A stretch of 62,240 nt of DNA, filler included, from Sphacelaria rigidula (Eukaryota): assembly GCA_964200075.2 (NCBI GenBank). It is 11 parts of 11 records of this genome, joined end to end, with 100 filler letters (N's around TTAATTAATTAA, not from the genome) between each part and the next. Parts side by side here need not be neighbours in the genome. Positions count along the whole stretch, not along the records: positions 34,006 to 39,572 come from CAXNAA020026268.1; positions 39,673 to 45,239 come from CAXNAA020026269.1; positions 45,340 to 50,906 come from CAXNAA020026270.1; 8 more parts are not named here. One strand, 5' to 3'. Within the stretch, counting starts at the first letter, position 1, and every line of letters begins with the position of its first letter. The position numbers were made by a program, and so were the translations under genes. Under the pieces are notes generated by a model, which searched no databases, had not been told where the DNA came from, and worked only from the letters and a program-made list of their open reading frames with translations. This document shows positions 36,884 to 49,295 of this stretch, piece after piece.

Positions 36884-37008
36884 CGTCGAAGGTACTCCTG
36901 CATCATTCCCTGCAGGTCGATCTTCTCAGCATAAAGTGACATATCCTCCATAAGAACTTCATTGTCAGGAAGGTTTGGTGGGGGGATAGGTGCCCGCACG
37001 TTGCCCAT
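36884..37008 (-). CDS. Putative first coding exon of a gene divergent from Tctex-1 (MGNVRAPIPPPNLPDNEVLMEDMSLYAEKIDLQGMMQEYLR-R)
   Basis: ATG in CATCATGG context, protein-like frame, CG|GTACGA donor. Confidence 0.4.
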
Positions 37009-37900
37009 GATGCTTACAAGTGCTTATACGTGTGCAGGCAAGAGTTGCTGAAGATCTTTTTACTGGCTTCATGCACGGAGCAATCACACCAGAAAACGAA
37101 CCGGAAGCTATTCGTCCGCATTCCCAAGAGAGGCGTTGTGTGGTGTTGTGGAATGTCTTTGCTGTAGACAGTGTTTTATCCCCGCTCGACTGACTTTGTC
37201 TTGGGAGCGTCCACATTTAATCAGTACATTGAATGTGTGATATTTGTCGATAGAGAGGCAGCAAGCAGGAGGTGCTTGATTCTCGTGCCCGCCAGGTATC
37301 GCAAGGTGTTTATCTTCACTTGGTGTGGATATCTTCGATCCCCACATTCTGTGCGCGGGATCTGCTTGCCGACGGCAAGTCTTACATGCCGGTCCACCAC
37401 CAACACATCTACTTTGTGCGTCAACCTAGAAGGCAAGCCAGGCATTCGAGCGTGTCACAAAACAGTAGTTAGAGATCGAGTCGTATCGAGCGATCGCCAT
37501 TTTGATCGGTTCTCACCTCCGGTGTTGATTTTTGTTCCCATATACTTGTAACAATGCAATACACCCTGTCGCTTTGATTCCAAAAGCAGCGAGAGGTTTT
37601 AATCAAGATCCCAAGATCTTCCTTCTCTCACGAGTGCGTCGAGAGAACAGTACGCGGCGGCAAACATATACACATGTGACGCTCAAAAGTCGGCGCGGGA
37701 TCTGAAGTCAGCGCATCACCCACACTGAAAACAGGACCATCGCAAAGCAGATGTATGTCTACAAAAAAGCACGTTCAAATTTGGAGCCCAAAACAACACA
37801 CGGACGCCACGAGATGAATCTGTATAACACACCCACGCTCAATTTTGCTTGCAGTGCTCCAAAAACAAATCGGTGCCTGGCAAGTTTATGGTAGAAAGCC

Positions 37901-38011
37901 ATGGAGATTGAGACGTCGGAGCAGCTTGCATTCATACCAGAACAAGTGGAAAACATCATGATGGGGGTAATTGACGGGGTACTCAAGGCCGAAGTGTACT
38001 TTGAGGAAAAG
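37901..38011 (+). CDS. DYNLT1: Dynein light chain Tctex-1 family, exon 1 (MEIETSEQLAFIPEQVENIMMGVIDGVLKAEVYFEEK)
   Basis: GCCATGG start, F...V..I....I..VL....Y Tctex pattern, AAG|GTGAGT donor. Confidence 0.88.
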
Positions 38012-38612
38012 GTGAGTGCCGACCCGCCACGCTGCTAAATAGGAGGGTCGATACTGTAGCAAGAATTTAAGCTCAAGATTTTTTGAAAAACCAAGACCAG
38101 TAGACACAAGGTGTAAAATATGGGTCTCACTTGTACAACAGACCCACCTTTATCTGTGGGATGAACGGAAGATACCCTAGTTTACCATCCCCCAAAATCA
38201 ACGGTTTGGTCCTTGACCGAACAAGAGCTTCTTCTTACCGCGCGCCAAGTACGTGGGAATAAAGTAGAAGGTGGACTGCGTGTTTTGTGAGCTTCTCGAA
38301 ACGCATGGCAAAAACTTGATACTGTATGCGGGAGGCCTCGTGTTCACAGTCCAGTGCGGCAAAGTATCGCTTGCCTGTTGTGCACCGTGCCATGTGTTGT
38401 ACTACGCTGCATCCCGTGTTATGATGAAAATTACCCTCGGGAAAAAATGCAGTTGGACACAGCTTAAAAGTAGCCGCATATCTTGTGTGACCATGGAAAC
38501 GCTAGAATAGCACGCGAACCTGCAAGCACTAGAGTGTCTAATGGAATGCATAACGTTTTGTTATTTCACTGCATTATGGTTTCGTACCGGTCTGGGTCTC
38601 TGTGCAAAGCAG

Positions 38613-38780
38613 GTATCCCACTGGGTTAACACGATTTGCGACAAGAGTATGCAAGAGCTCCACGATCTCAGCAAACCCTTCAAGTACGTGGTGTCTTGTG
38701 TTATCGTGCAGAAAAATGGAGCAGGCTTTCACGTGGGTCACAGCGCCTATTGGGACATGAGCAACGACAACGTTTGTCAG
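38613..38780 (+). CDS. DYNLT1: Dynein light chain Tctex-1 family, exon 2 (VSHWVNTICDKSMQELHDLSKPFKYVVSCVIVQKNGAGFHVGHSAYWDMSNDNVCQ)
   Basis: Signature KPFKY.V.C.I.QKNGAG.H....YWD...D; GCAG acceptor; probable CAG|GCAAGA donor. Confidence 0.93.
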
Positions 38781-41700
38781 GCAAGAGGAAACTAACCCCC
38801 TTGTATTTTTTTTAATAAGTGATCGAAAGATCGTGGCATGTCGGCGACTGACAATCGAAACCCTCAGCTGACATCATCGTCCAAGTCTTCACGGGCAGAC
38901 TACTTATGCAAGGGGTAAGTAAGCCACGATGTCTCCCATGATGGAAACGATACTCCACGCATGAAACCTTGGTACTCGAGAGCCCTAATATTAGGGTGAG
39001 GATTTGTTTCGAGACAGTTCTCGCACGAACGAGCCACTGTAAAAAAACAATGCAGGCAACAAATTACACGGCAATGCTCTCAATATCAAGTTAGCACGCA
39101 TTCACACCATTCGACGGCGATTTCACCCACATACAAGTCCATAACGAGTGTATGAGGTTGGGTAACACACCCAAGAGATCTTGCTTTTCGGGCAACCAAA
39201 CACTCCCTCCCTCATTGGAGGAACATTTGTTCAATCCTTCGTAGAAATATGCTTTCATTGATACTTTAGAGTTCTTCGAGGAATCTGCAGCGAGTATTTA
39301 TAAAAGGGGGCCCGCACTGTCTGCAAGAAGGAGTTGTATGGACGCATGAAAAGCCACATACCATAGTAATGTTTTTTTCGAGATAGGTGGAATGATCCAA
39401 TGAAAACGTTTTGAAGATACATGAAAAAATGTCCTCTCAGGCCACTCCCGAGTATTGTACGAATACGTTCGAGCTTCCTCATAAAAACGGACTGCCTGAG
39501 TTAGGAACGTTATAATGAGGTAAATATCGAAGGGTAAAATGTAGACGAAGTATGGAGGAGTCATCCTACGATNNNNNNNNNNNNNNNNNNNNNNNNNNNN
39601 NNNNNNNNNNNNNNNNTTAATTAATTAANNNNNNNNNNNNNNNNNNNNNNNNNNNNNNNNNNNNNNNNNNNNGGTGCTGCCTGCATGTGTACGACGTTCA
39701 AAACTGTGGTGAATAATTCTTCTCGTGATCCCTCTGTGGAATGGGGGGGCAGTCGGAAAGGCAAGGGCGTGATCGACCGGTAACTACATACTTCCTCTGC
39801 ATAAGTTAGGTATTACACGCATACACGGGCCCTTGACCGCGTCCGATTTTCAAGTTATGAGTTTTTTTTCCCCTGTCCGCGCATTACCCTGCATGAGCCA
39901 ATGGTCGAGAGAGAATCAGGCCGCCCGATGATGGTGGTAATTCGTCCCTATTCCATCTGTATCTTGGGGCCCTTTGCTGGGAGGGGCAAGTGATTCCTTC
40001 GGCCAAAGTGCCCGATGGAAGATGCGTGGTTACGATATTCTGCGCGGGCTGCATGGTTGCTTGCAGCGGTAAGAGCTGTATTTTGGGGCCCTTTGCTGGG
40101 AGCGGGAAGCGATTGTTGCGTCGAAGATGGCCGATGGAGGAGACTGATTTCCTGTCACATGTGGGTACACTTTCCAAAAACAAGGGTACAATTGGGAGAA
40201 AAGTAGTCACAGCAGGGTACACCGTGGCCGTCTACCGCCGCCGCCGGGTGAAAATGGTCGTTGGCCAATCAGCTGCGCTCATTTCTCCTCCAAACAAAGA
40301 GGGTACCCAGGTTTGTCGCTAATGCACCATGGTATACCCTACTGTGACGTTTCCTCTTTTTTTCCTGTTCGTAGAAAAAAAATGATTGACAAATTACGTC
40401 ATTTAATTCAATGTGTTTTATTTCATTCCATGAATAGGTCAGCATCCTGTGGGCGCGGAGCCCAGAAGGAAGTGTACTGAAGACGTGAACCCGATGGCGT
40501 TCTGTTCGTCCATCGAGGACAGTTTATTACGACTTGTACGTATTGCTGAGTGACACCAAAGGTATACACTACTGCCGTGGCTTGACCATATAATTCCAAC
40601 CGGCATGAAAATGTTCTGAGAGTACTTTATGGTATCAAACAATTGTAGATGATTCGAGGATGATCAGCTGGTGCCAGCGTAAGCAGGAGTCGAGGATGAT
40701 CAGCTGGTGCTAGCGTAAGCAGTGCCTGCGTTCGGATACCTGTCTCTCGTGGCAATCTCTAGAGGTCGGCATATTGCACTCGTGAAGATGGTATTATCCC
40801 TGGTCCGAGCCCGGTCTAAGCCTGGTCCGAAGAAAACAGATAAGAATCATGGGAAACGGCTATAGAACATTACTTTGTTTTAATTATTTTATTTTAGCCC
40901 ATGAACTCGAGTTCGTCCAGCGGTCACTGAAGTTCCCCCAAGCATGGTGAAGTGAGACAAAGGCCAAGCACGGTGACCTGAGACAAAGGGGAAGCCAAGA
41001 ATCTATCGGGAGACCTACTCCGTGATACACACCCAACGTGAGTGATGTAGTCCGTACGTCACTTGGCGCTTTTCATCTCCAGTCATGTAGTTGCGATGAA
41101 GCAGCCTCAAGCACACAAGCTGCGAGGCAAACCGACCTGTTGACGTACATTCAAAACTCAGTTTGCAAGAAGACTGACCGACTGCTCTGTTTTGGTTTTG
41201 CTTCAAACCCACTCAACTCTTGTCTAGTGTGTAGCCGCCCCGATGGACTAAACGACGGGAAGGTTCTGGGTTTGGGTGTGACAATTAGAGTATTGTTGGG
41301 TTGGACTTTCGGGAAGGTATGAGTTTGCGTGCGTAAATTAGAGTATAGTTGGGTTGTACCAGGTGCCATCGTAGGCATGTGGCCAGGCGGTAACAAAAAG
41401 AAACCCCGCACGGATCTCCGCCCCCAAAGAAACTATGACAGAAAACATATGGCACCAGTACCGTTGTTGTTATTATTGCTGCTGCTGTTGCTGTTCCTGC
41501 TGTTCTTGTTGTCGTGGTGGTGGTACAAATACCATGTCCAAGGGAGACCAAAGGCAAAGGCTCAGGCAGGGACAAACTGCTTTATAGTATACAGTAAACT
41601 ACAGTACAACAGTTGCATGCTCATGTCCCGAACCGATTTATGAGGGTACAAAGAGAGCCCCCTCCCCTATCGTTGAAACGGTAAATTATGAAAATATGTC

Positions 41701-42002
41701 CGACAAAAAAGCTTCTGGACAAACGGATCGGTCCCTCCTTCGTGATCTTTGACGGTGTACAGGTACAGTACACTACTTTGAAAACATGTAGCACATAGCA
41801 CGTTAGACCATTCTTTTGTGGGGTCCAATCCCGAATCTGGCCGGACCTCAATCTGTGCCATATCGCGGCGACTCAGATTCGCAAAACTCGGATCCGCGTA
41901 TGCCACATTTATTTTATGGCTTCATAGACTGTCCGTTGTGCTTCCATGACGTAGTCTTGCGCGCGAAGAAAAAAAAACTATTATTTCGGGACAGAATCTG
42001 AC

Positions 42003-42736
42003 CCTTTTTCGCCCCCGTTGGAGGCGCTGCGCCCCGCCAACGGAGATGAAACGATATGGGCTTGTGGGCTGTGCTTCACAGGACACGTGACCAAAGTTTC
42101 AGCGCGTGAAAGCACCCACAGCGCACATATGGGCGATCCTCCGCACCTCAGCTCTTCTACAGGCAATGTGTGCCTGGGTTTCGCAAAGATTGTCATTTTC
42201 CAGCGGGCGTCCGAGTGCAGATTGATGTTTGTTTGCCATTGCTACAGCCGTCGAAGGGCTCATGATGTGGTTATTAGTGTATTTGTGCATCAAAACGTGT
42301 AGTAAGGGTAGGTTCACGAAGTTTCCGCCGCGGGGAGGCCGTGTGGAGGGCGTATCGTCAATAATAGGAAAACATCTTCTACCACTGTTATTGGGGTAGA
42401 AGAAATGAAACCGAAATGAGCCGATCAGTACCACGCTCATACAAAATGTACTATTACTGTAGTACATTCTACAACGAACCTGTGACTGACGTTGCTGCAC
42501 ATGTGTACACTGGGTTACAACAACAGGAAGATAGAAGCTGCTGCTCGTGTTGTTGCTGTGCCCCTCTTGATGCAGTATGCTGCTATACCTATCCGTCAAT
42601 GCAGTCTTGTCGGCAAATAAGGAAAGTATTGGACTGCGGTTTGATGCGTGCGCTTCCCACACACCAGAACTAGTCAGTGTGGCTGCGGATTTCCGTAACG
42701 CGTGCCTCAGAGGCCGCAGCACCTTGCAAACCGCTG
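42003..42736 (-). CDS. Two putative spliced exons (about 42736-42589 and 42173-42003) of an unknown protein
   Basis: TTGCAG acceptor ... AG|GTATAG donor joins in phase to CCCAG|G CAC, giving ...SPILSLFADKTALTDR-HTLPVEELRCGGSPICALWVLSRAETLVTC. No family recognised. Confidence 0.35.
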
Positions 42737-43161
42737 CTGCAACACAGAATGTACCAAGAAAGCGTTTCCTTCAACGTTGTGGGGCTTTTCGGATCCGCTG
42801 TGGCAAATTGAGTAACTCTACTGCTACACTGACTACGTATAGTGTGTGTACGGGGGGCTGTGAATTTCCACAGGCCGGTTTGCTTCCTGTCTCGAGAAAA
42901 ACAACGCGATGAAAAAAACACAGCTGTCGCATACTAAACCCAGGTGACTTGGGATTGAGCGTATGTTATGTTTGGCACAGGTCCGACCAGTCTATGGCGT
43001 CTCTGCGTGTCTTTTCATTGGTTTTTGCTCACGGATTTGTGGTCGCTAGAACCTTCATTCACGGGCATAACAGTGTAGGGAGCGATGGTCTAGTACAGGT
43101 ACATTCTCGGCCTATCGGCGGTCCAGATAAGGTACGATTAAAAAAAATACTGTATCAGGTA

Positions 43162-44364
43162 CGAGCTGGGGCAGCCTAGAGACGAATTTATAAATTTCTA
43201 GGCCTATTCGTCGGACAATATTCAGAGTTGGACCCTGACATTTGGTATGGACAATGAATAGGACATAGTATAAAAATACCTCTACACGCAATTTTTTTTT
43301 TTTTCCATGAGTGACGGGCATTTTAGTGACATGACACTGATTATTGTCCTTAACTCATGACAAAACAAAAGATTTTTGTGTGCTGCGGTAACTTTTTTAT
43401 TATGCCCTATTTATGTCCATACCAAATTTTAGAATCCAACTCTGAGTATTCGCCGACGAATGGGCCGTTTATTAAGCGGGGCGGCAAATATTCGCAACAG
43501 TATTTTGCGGGCCAATTACCGGCCCGCGTTTGGTGTCTGTGTTTTGAATTTTGTGTGGGACCTCGCTAGGGTGTAAAAAAACAAAAATATAGATCCGGTT
43601 GTTATTTCCCTATTTTTTCCACTGGTTTAGGGCGTTTTAGTATAGTAACGGTCATTTTTTTACAAGAACGCCCGAACCTTCCCCCCCCCCCCCCCAGAAA
43701 AAAGCGAAATTGAATGCCCATTATTTTTTCATTCGGCGTACCTCTGCGGTTGTCAATGCCAAGTTTCGAATCACATTTCTAAAAGTTGAGCTTAAAAATT
43801 GAGAAAGGGCTCAAGAGCAGTGTTTGGCTATCTCCAAAACTCCCCGAAAAAAAGGGGAGGAGGGGGGAGGGGGCTGTTTTTGTTATTGTATCATACACTA
43901 GCTGTTCTCCATACGAAATTTCATTGCTCAATTCTCGAAAACTGAGACGTGATATCCAGATCTAGGGTATCTAGTACCTCTGCTTGTAATACATTGGTTT
44001 TAGTGTTGACCCTTATCTGCACCATATCTCGAAATAGATAACGAATTTTACGAATTAGGTAAAGGTGATGGTATATATCGTCTCCCCGTGCTCCAGGGAA
44101 TGTCCACACCAAAAACCGACGTCATCCGCTGAATCTTTTGGGGTTTCATATGGATTTTAGTATGGACGCTCTCTCCGTACGGTGTAGGAATTACTCGACA
44201 TGGGGTTAATCCACGAGAAAATTTTCGGCCCTGATTTTTGAGCAGATGGGCACCTTCCCCTTGATTGGACGATTAACATGATATGCGGGTCACGGCCCAA
44301 CTCGACTGTGTCGATGAGATGTTGCTTTGAGAGCTTGAATCCGTTTCTACGCTGGCCCAGCTCG
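43162..44364. mobile_element. Tc1/mariner-like non-autonomous element (~1.2 kb), TA TSD
   Basis: TA|CGAGCTGGGGCAGCCTAGAGACG...CGTTTCTACGCTGGCCCAGCTCG|TA. An empty-site paralog lies near 61785-61796. Confidence 0.88.
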
Positions 44365-47194
44365 TATACCTGGCAAGTTTTGGCCTAGACAGGGGAAGCA
44401 GTTCCTGGAGGCGAGACGTCCGTTTTCGCGTGGCCATACATCGCGAGTGTGTGTGTGTGTGTGTGTGTGTTGTGTTGTCATCTCATCTATTCTGGATGCC
44501 GGTCTACACCTTTCGGTATATGTGGGCGCACCAGCCGGGGTCACACAGGAAGGTCAACTCAAGAGCCCTTCGTTTTTATTTGTTTTAGCACTCCACCTTC
44601 CTTCTGCGTTGCTTGCCTTTATTTTTTATCGCAAGTAACATGTTTTTTCCCCTTTTCGTTTTCGAGGCGCGGGTGCCAAGGCCTTCCCCCCCCTCGAAGT
44701 GATGTGCGTGAAAAATTCGGAGCGGAAACGGTCTAAATGACGTGTTTTACTGTTCTTGCCTTTCTGGTCATTCTCCGTACCTTTTTTGTGCAAAAAACGA
44801 TAAGTTATACCTTTTCTAGGCCATTGCCCAAAACTATATGTGCACCCGGGTGCACCATCGAACCATCGAACTGCATGCGCACCCTAGGATGATGGCAGGC
44901 ACACATGCGGCTAGTCAGTGCCGCATGACAACGGCCCCGACCGTGGTGCGACTCGGGTCACACTTTCAACCGGAGACGGCATAACCAACGCTGAGTACAG
45001 TAGTGCACAACAACAGTACCATCATGATGTCGTACTCTCTCTCTCTCTCATCTCTCACTACTCGTCGCGTGGTCGAGTCTGCGTGACTTCCCACTGCTTA
45101 GTTGGGGGTCGGTCCCGAACGAGTTCAACCCTTTATATATTTGTTTTTTCGCCAGCTTTTCTCTCTTGTTCAAGCCACATTCAACAGTGTTTTCGTGAGA
45201 TTGAGAGTAGATGATACGATTGAGAGTGAAAAGCGGTCANNNNNNNNNNNNNNNNNNNNNNNNNNNNNNNNNNNNNNNNNNNNTTAATTAATTAANNNNN
45301 NNNNNNNNNNNNNNNNNNNNNNNNNNNNNNNNNNNNNNNACTTCCCACGCTTGGGTTCGTTCTAGCCAATGTCGCCAATATGAGGCGCTTCATGCAACCT
45401 GAACCCGAACATCAGGCGCTGTATGGTCATTTTTTTCGCGACACTTTTAGGTGGTTTGGGGGGGGGGGCTATCGTAGAAAGTGTCATAGTTAATCCGCCG
45501 CGCTGAACGCGAAGTTCTGACCAACGACCCATGGCTTCTTACCCTGAGTGTCCTCTTGGATGGGCTCGTGCCCACTCCCGCAGAGGTTTTGAATTTCCCA
45601 CTTCGGGCACACCAAACCTGAACTTGGGCTGCATCCCCGCTTTTATCTCCCTGTTGCTGCGTAGTCCCCCTCGATCGCATTGTACATCACGTTGCACGCC
45701 TCTTTAGGCAGGTTTGATACTTCAATCGCCCTGCCCCGGAAACGAGCGGGGTGCCACTCTCGCCATACGCGACGGACGTGTCGAGACGGAGTCGGACAAA
45801 GACGTGAAGCTCACTTGGATCTGCGGCCGACCCGAGCAGTTGTCGCGATGCTATGCCGCAACTGCGTTATCCCTCCGTTGTTCCCGAATCGTCTGGCATT
45901 CCCTCCTTGTTCCGTTGGTAGATGAGGTCTACGCGTGCGTACCATTTAGTGCCTTTGTGGATGGACTTGCGTGTGTGTTGTTTTGTTCAACATGGGTAGT
46001 GAGTGTCACGTAGATACAACGTTTTCTTCTCAGTGGATTGAACGCTTAATGTGACGGGTCGCAGCGATGCTCGCTGATGAGAGGTGTGGGAGAGTATCTA
46101 TTTATTTTCTCTTCGCTTCATGCTTTTGTACGAGTATATTTTGTACGAGTGTAGTGTAGAAGAGCCCTTTCTCGTGGAGTTTTGAAGTTCCTCGGCACAG
46201 TTACATTGTGCCGAGGTGATGATGATTCAACTGCATAAGGACTCGTCTAGGATGGGCTAGTGTGATGAAGCTTGGCGGCATAGCAAGATATCACGATGTG
46301 CGGGTCTGTTCGTTGACCCTGGGTTCCGTGATGCGTTGTTACCGCGTTTGTTTTTGTCATTAGTTAGGATTGTTCCGGCGTCGCCTCATGCCCCCGATCC
46401 ACTCACGACCAGTTACTGGCCTTGCCTTGGTCGCTGATCTAGCTCTGCTACTCTGGGCGATCACTAAGCTCTGTTCCTATGGCTGCGCCGCGGCTGTAAT
46501 GACTAAGAGAGCTGCTTGTAGATATAACGTGATGCTATTAAACACGTGAGTTTCTAATCGGCGGTCTGCATATAGATGAGCTTATGTGTTATTGTTCATG
46601 ATGAATAGCTAGAGGTCGAATGATGTGCCCACGTGAGAGCTTGGTTGGAACGAATGGTATCTCCTGGTACTCGTACTGAGAGGCCGTAGCCAACGCATTA
46701 GCTACTTCATCATTATAACACATGTAACCCTAACCCAGAAGTTTCTATACGGCGGCCCAAGCATGATGAGCAGCTCAACAGAAAAACCACCGTCATGGTG
46801 CGGCATTTTTTCAATAGGACGTGCCTCTAAGCGCTACAGGACACGTAACGAGGCGATGTCCCCGTCGCGCAACTGCCGCCGACGCAAGTACAGTGCTGGC
46901 CGTTTGCGTACATGCATATTTTCGAAGTGAAGATCAGGCAAAATGAAGCAGCGAAGTACTCGCCTGCTGTGTAGACAAGAGCGTGACTTACTGCACCTAT
47001 GTAACGTCTACTAAGCTCCTGGCAGCCCCGGGGTATAATACATTCAGTGGGCAGCGTGCTTGCGACTCGTTTTTTTTTAACAACCCATTGCACATTGGCA
47101 GACGAGGTAGAAAAATATCCAGCACATACAGCCACCCCCCACCCGCCGTCATTTTCGTACCTTTGCACAACAGCTATGTATATATATATATATA

Positions 47195-47545
47195 TGTGGA
47201 GGATACCTCTTTGCAGTGACATATCAGAGACTGATGCCACATATGTATGCAGACCCAGCGCAAGCAGGGTCAAGTTAGGAACGGTCCAGAAGGATCAAAT
47301 TACCGAGGGCCCTGTAATGCCGACGTCACTAGACAACTCGGGGTGATGACAGGAAGAGCCCAATATTAGGACGGTCCAACATCCCCCGAGGTCTGGGTCG
47401 CCCCTGGCGCCCACTCGTAGGCTGAGCCCACTTCTTGCCTACATATACAAGAGGAAATCATCGCCAGCCTCGGAGTTCCTTCGGCATCAGGACGGCAGTT
47501 TCCCCCGTGGATCTCTGACCACTCTAGCGATACGCCTTCCTCACA
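47195..47545. mobile_element. Probable solo LTR (351 bp, TG...CA) inserted in a (TA)n tract
   Basis: TGTGGAGG...CCTCACA short terminal inverted repeats, with TATA on both sides. Confidence 0.6.
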
Positions 47546-47651
47546 TATATATATATGCAGAAGATGTGCTTTATCATTCACTTGCAGTAGTAGTGCTCAG
47601 CATTTCATAGGAGGAGGTGTGCGGGAGAGACGTGGCTCCATCTAATATTAA

Positions 47652-47938
47652 TAATGTTTTCGTGAGATTGAGAGTAGAGGATACGATTGAGAGCGAATAA
47701 GTGAATGAATCCTTTCAGTTCCGAAAGGCCCCCTCCACGAGGCCCGATAAGCTTTCTGTAGTAGCTTGCCACTGAAGCCGTTGATATCCCTGAGTAGGAT
47801 ATCAACGTGTAGCTATAAGCACACGCCAGTGATGGAGGCAAAGAAAGGCACGCACGGAATGAAAAAATGGCTAGGTTAGAGCGGATTACCGAAGCCACTC
47901 TCAATCAGCACTCTACTCTCAGTCTCACGAAAACGTTG
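47652..47938. mobile_element. ~290-bp MITE, GTTTTCGTGAGA(T/C)TGAGAGTAGAG TIRs
   Basis: TIRs of about 40 bp; paralog of 21271-21565. Confidence 0.8.
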
Positions 47939-48544
47939 CTTATTGCACACAGTAGTAGCAGCTCCCACCACTGGGTTGGCGAGCCTACTGCCTGCGAAAT
48001 CCTCCTTAAAATGCAGTAAAACAGTGTATGCTCAGGGTCGATTGTGTGGTCTTTCGAAATAACCTCTCCTCTAGGTCTCAAAGAGGGTCTGAACTGCCTA
48101 TCAAAAGTGCTGGCACACTCCTTTCAGATATGATTTGTGTCCTTTCTATCGTTGCTTTCCTCTCTGGTGATGTCATCGACACGCGTTTACACCGCATTCG
48201 TTAGGTGCACCTAGCCACAGCTGCTTAGCTGCTGCGGACATTTGGCAGGGAAGATGGCTTCCCTCGGTCGTAAGTGTTCCGCGTCATTCCTGCAAAACAA
48301 ACGCCACTTAAACCTCATTTTTGAGATGGATCCCATTTTTCAGGATCCGCTGTTATATACGCTTCGGAGGCACGGAATACGGGCAGCCCCCAACAATAGT
48401 TTTAAAGAGGTCGAGGGGCATGAGGTCGTCGATATGAAATTCATTGGTCAGTACTTTAGGTCGGGGAAGTCACTGTTTTCGAGTTGAATCTCACCGAAAT
48501 GTTGTGCCTCAAAACGGATTCAGGCTGTTAAAGGTGCTGTGGAA

Positions 48545-48682
48545 CGGTGTCAGCGAGTAGAGCAAGTCATTCCAAGGTGCCAACATCCGCCTAGCCCTCT
48601 TTTCGGGAGCAAAACGACGGAGAAGAGCCAAAAACGCACTTTTCAACAAGTTTCATTTTTTTTGTTTATAAGAAGTAGCCTA
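48545..48682. repeat. Fragment of the right arm of the PIF/Harbinger-like foldback family
   Basis: Similar to 12975-13099, ending ...TTATAAGAAGTAGCCTAA. Confidence 0.65.
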
Positions 48683-49295
48683 ACTGCTTCCAGGGCACCT
48701 TTGGGACCCCAGCAATCTCGTGCTATGGACCAACATGCCAGATGTATACATGTATTACCCGCTGTTCACAGATTGAACCATACAGACCCCGCCACAACTC
48801 TTATTCCCGCAGCTACCACCACAACCCTGCAGCAAAGAGCACGAGTTGGGCACAGGGATATAGATACACACTGCCGTATTTGGGTATGATGTATTTCTTG
48901 TCCGTGGAAGTTTAAGCTTGAACATCTTCTCCCATGGTCGTGGAATCGCGCGACGCCGGAACCACGCGGGGTAGGGTGCGGGCAATAACCGGCGGCTTAT
49001 TGCATACACACTCATGGACAACAGTGCAGGCAGACCAAGCTGCGCACACTGTTCAAGTCATTTTCACGTCGCACTGCAAGCAGAAAACATATATATAGTC
49101 CTGCGCTGTCTGTACTGTACTTTGCCCGCTTCCCCTTTCACGTCCTACTGGCTGCAGTTTTGCGCATGCTGCAAGAAGGGGCGTCGTGATGTCTACTGTA
49201 GCTGACGGTATGTAACACCCTCATGTACCCAAAGTTACAGGCATCCATTCATTCCGTGGCCCGTGGCGAAGGATAGATAGTTTTGTCTTTTGTAT

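Noticed and set aside
41237..41316. Plus-strand exon RPDGLNDGKVLGLGVTIRVLLGWTFGK
   Set aside because: Splice-like ends are present but no family is recognised, and it conflicts with the tentative minus-strand gene; support is insufficient.
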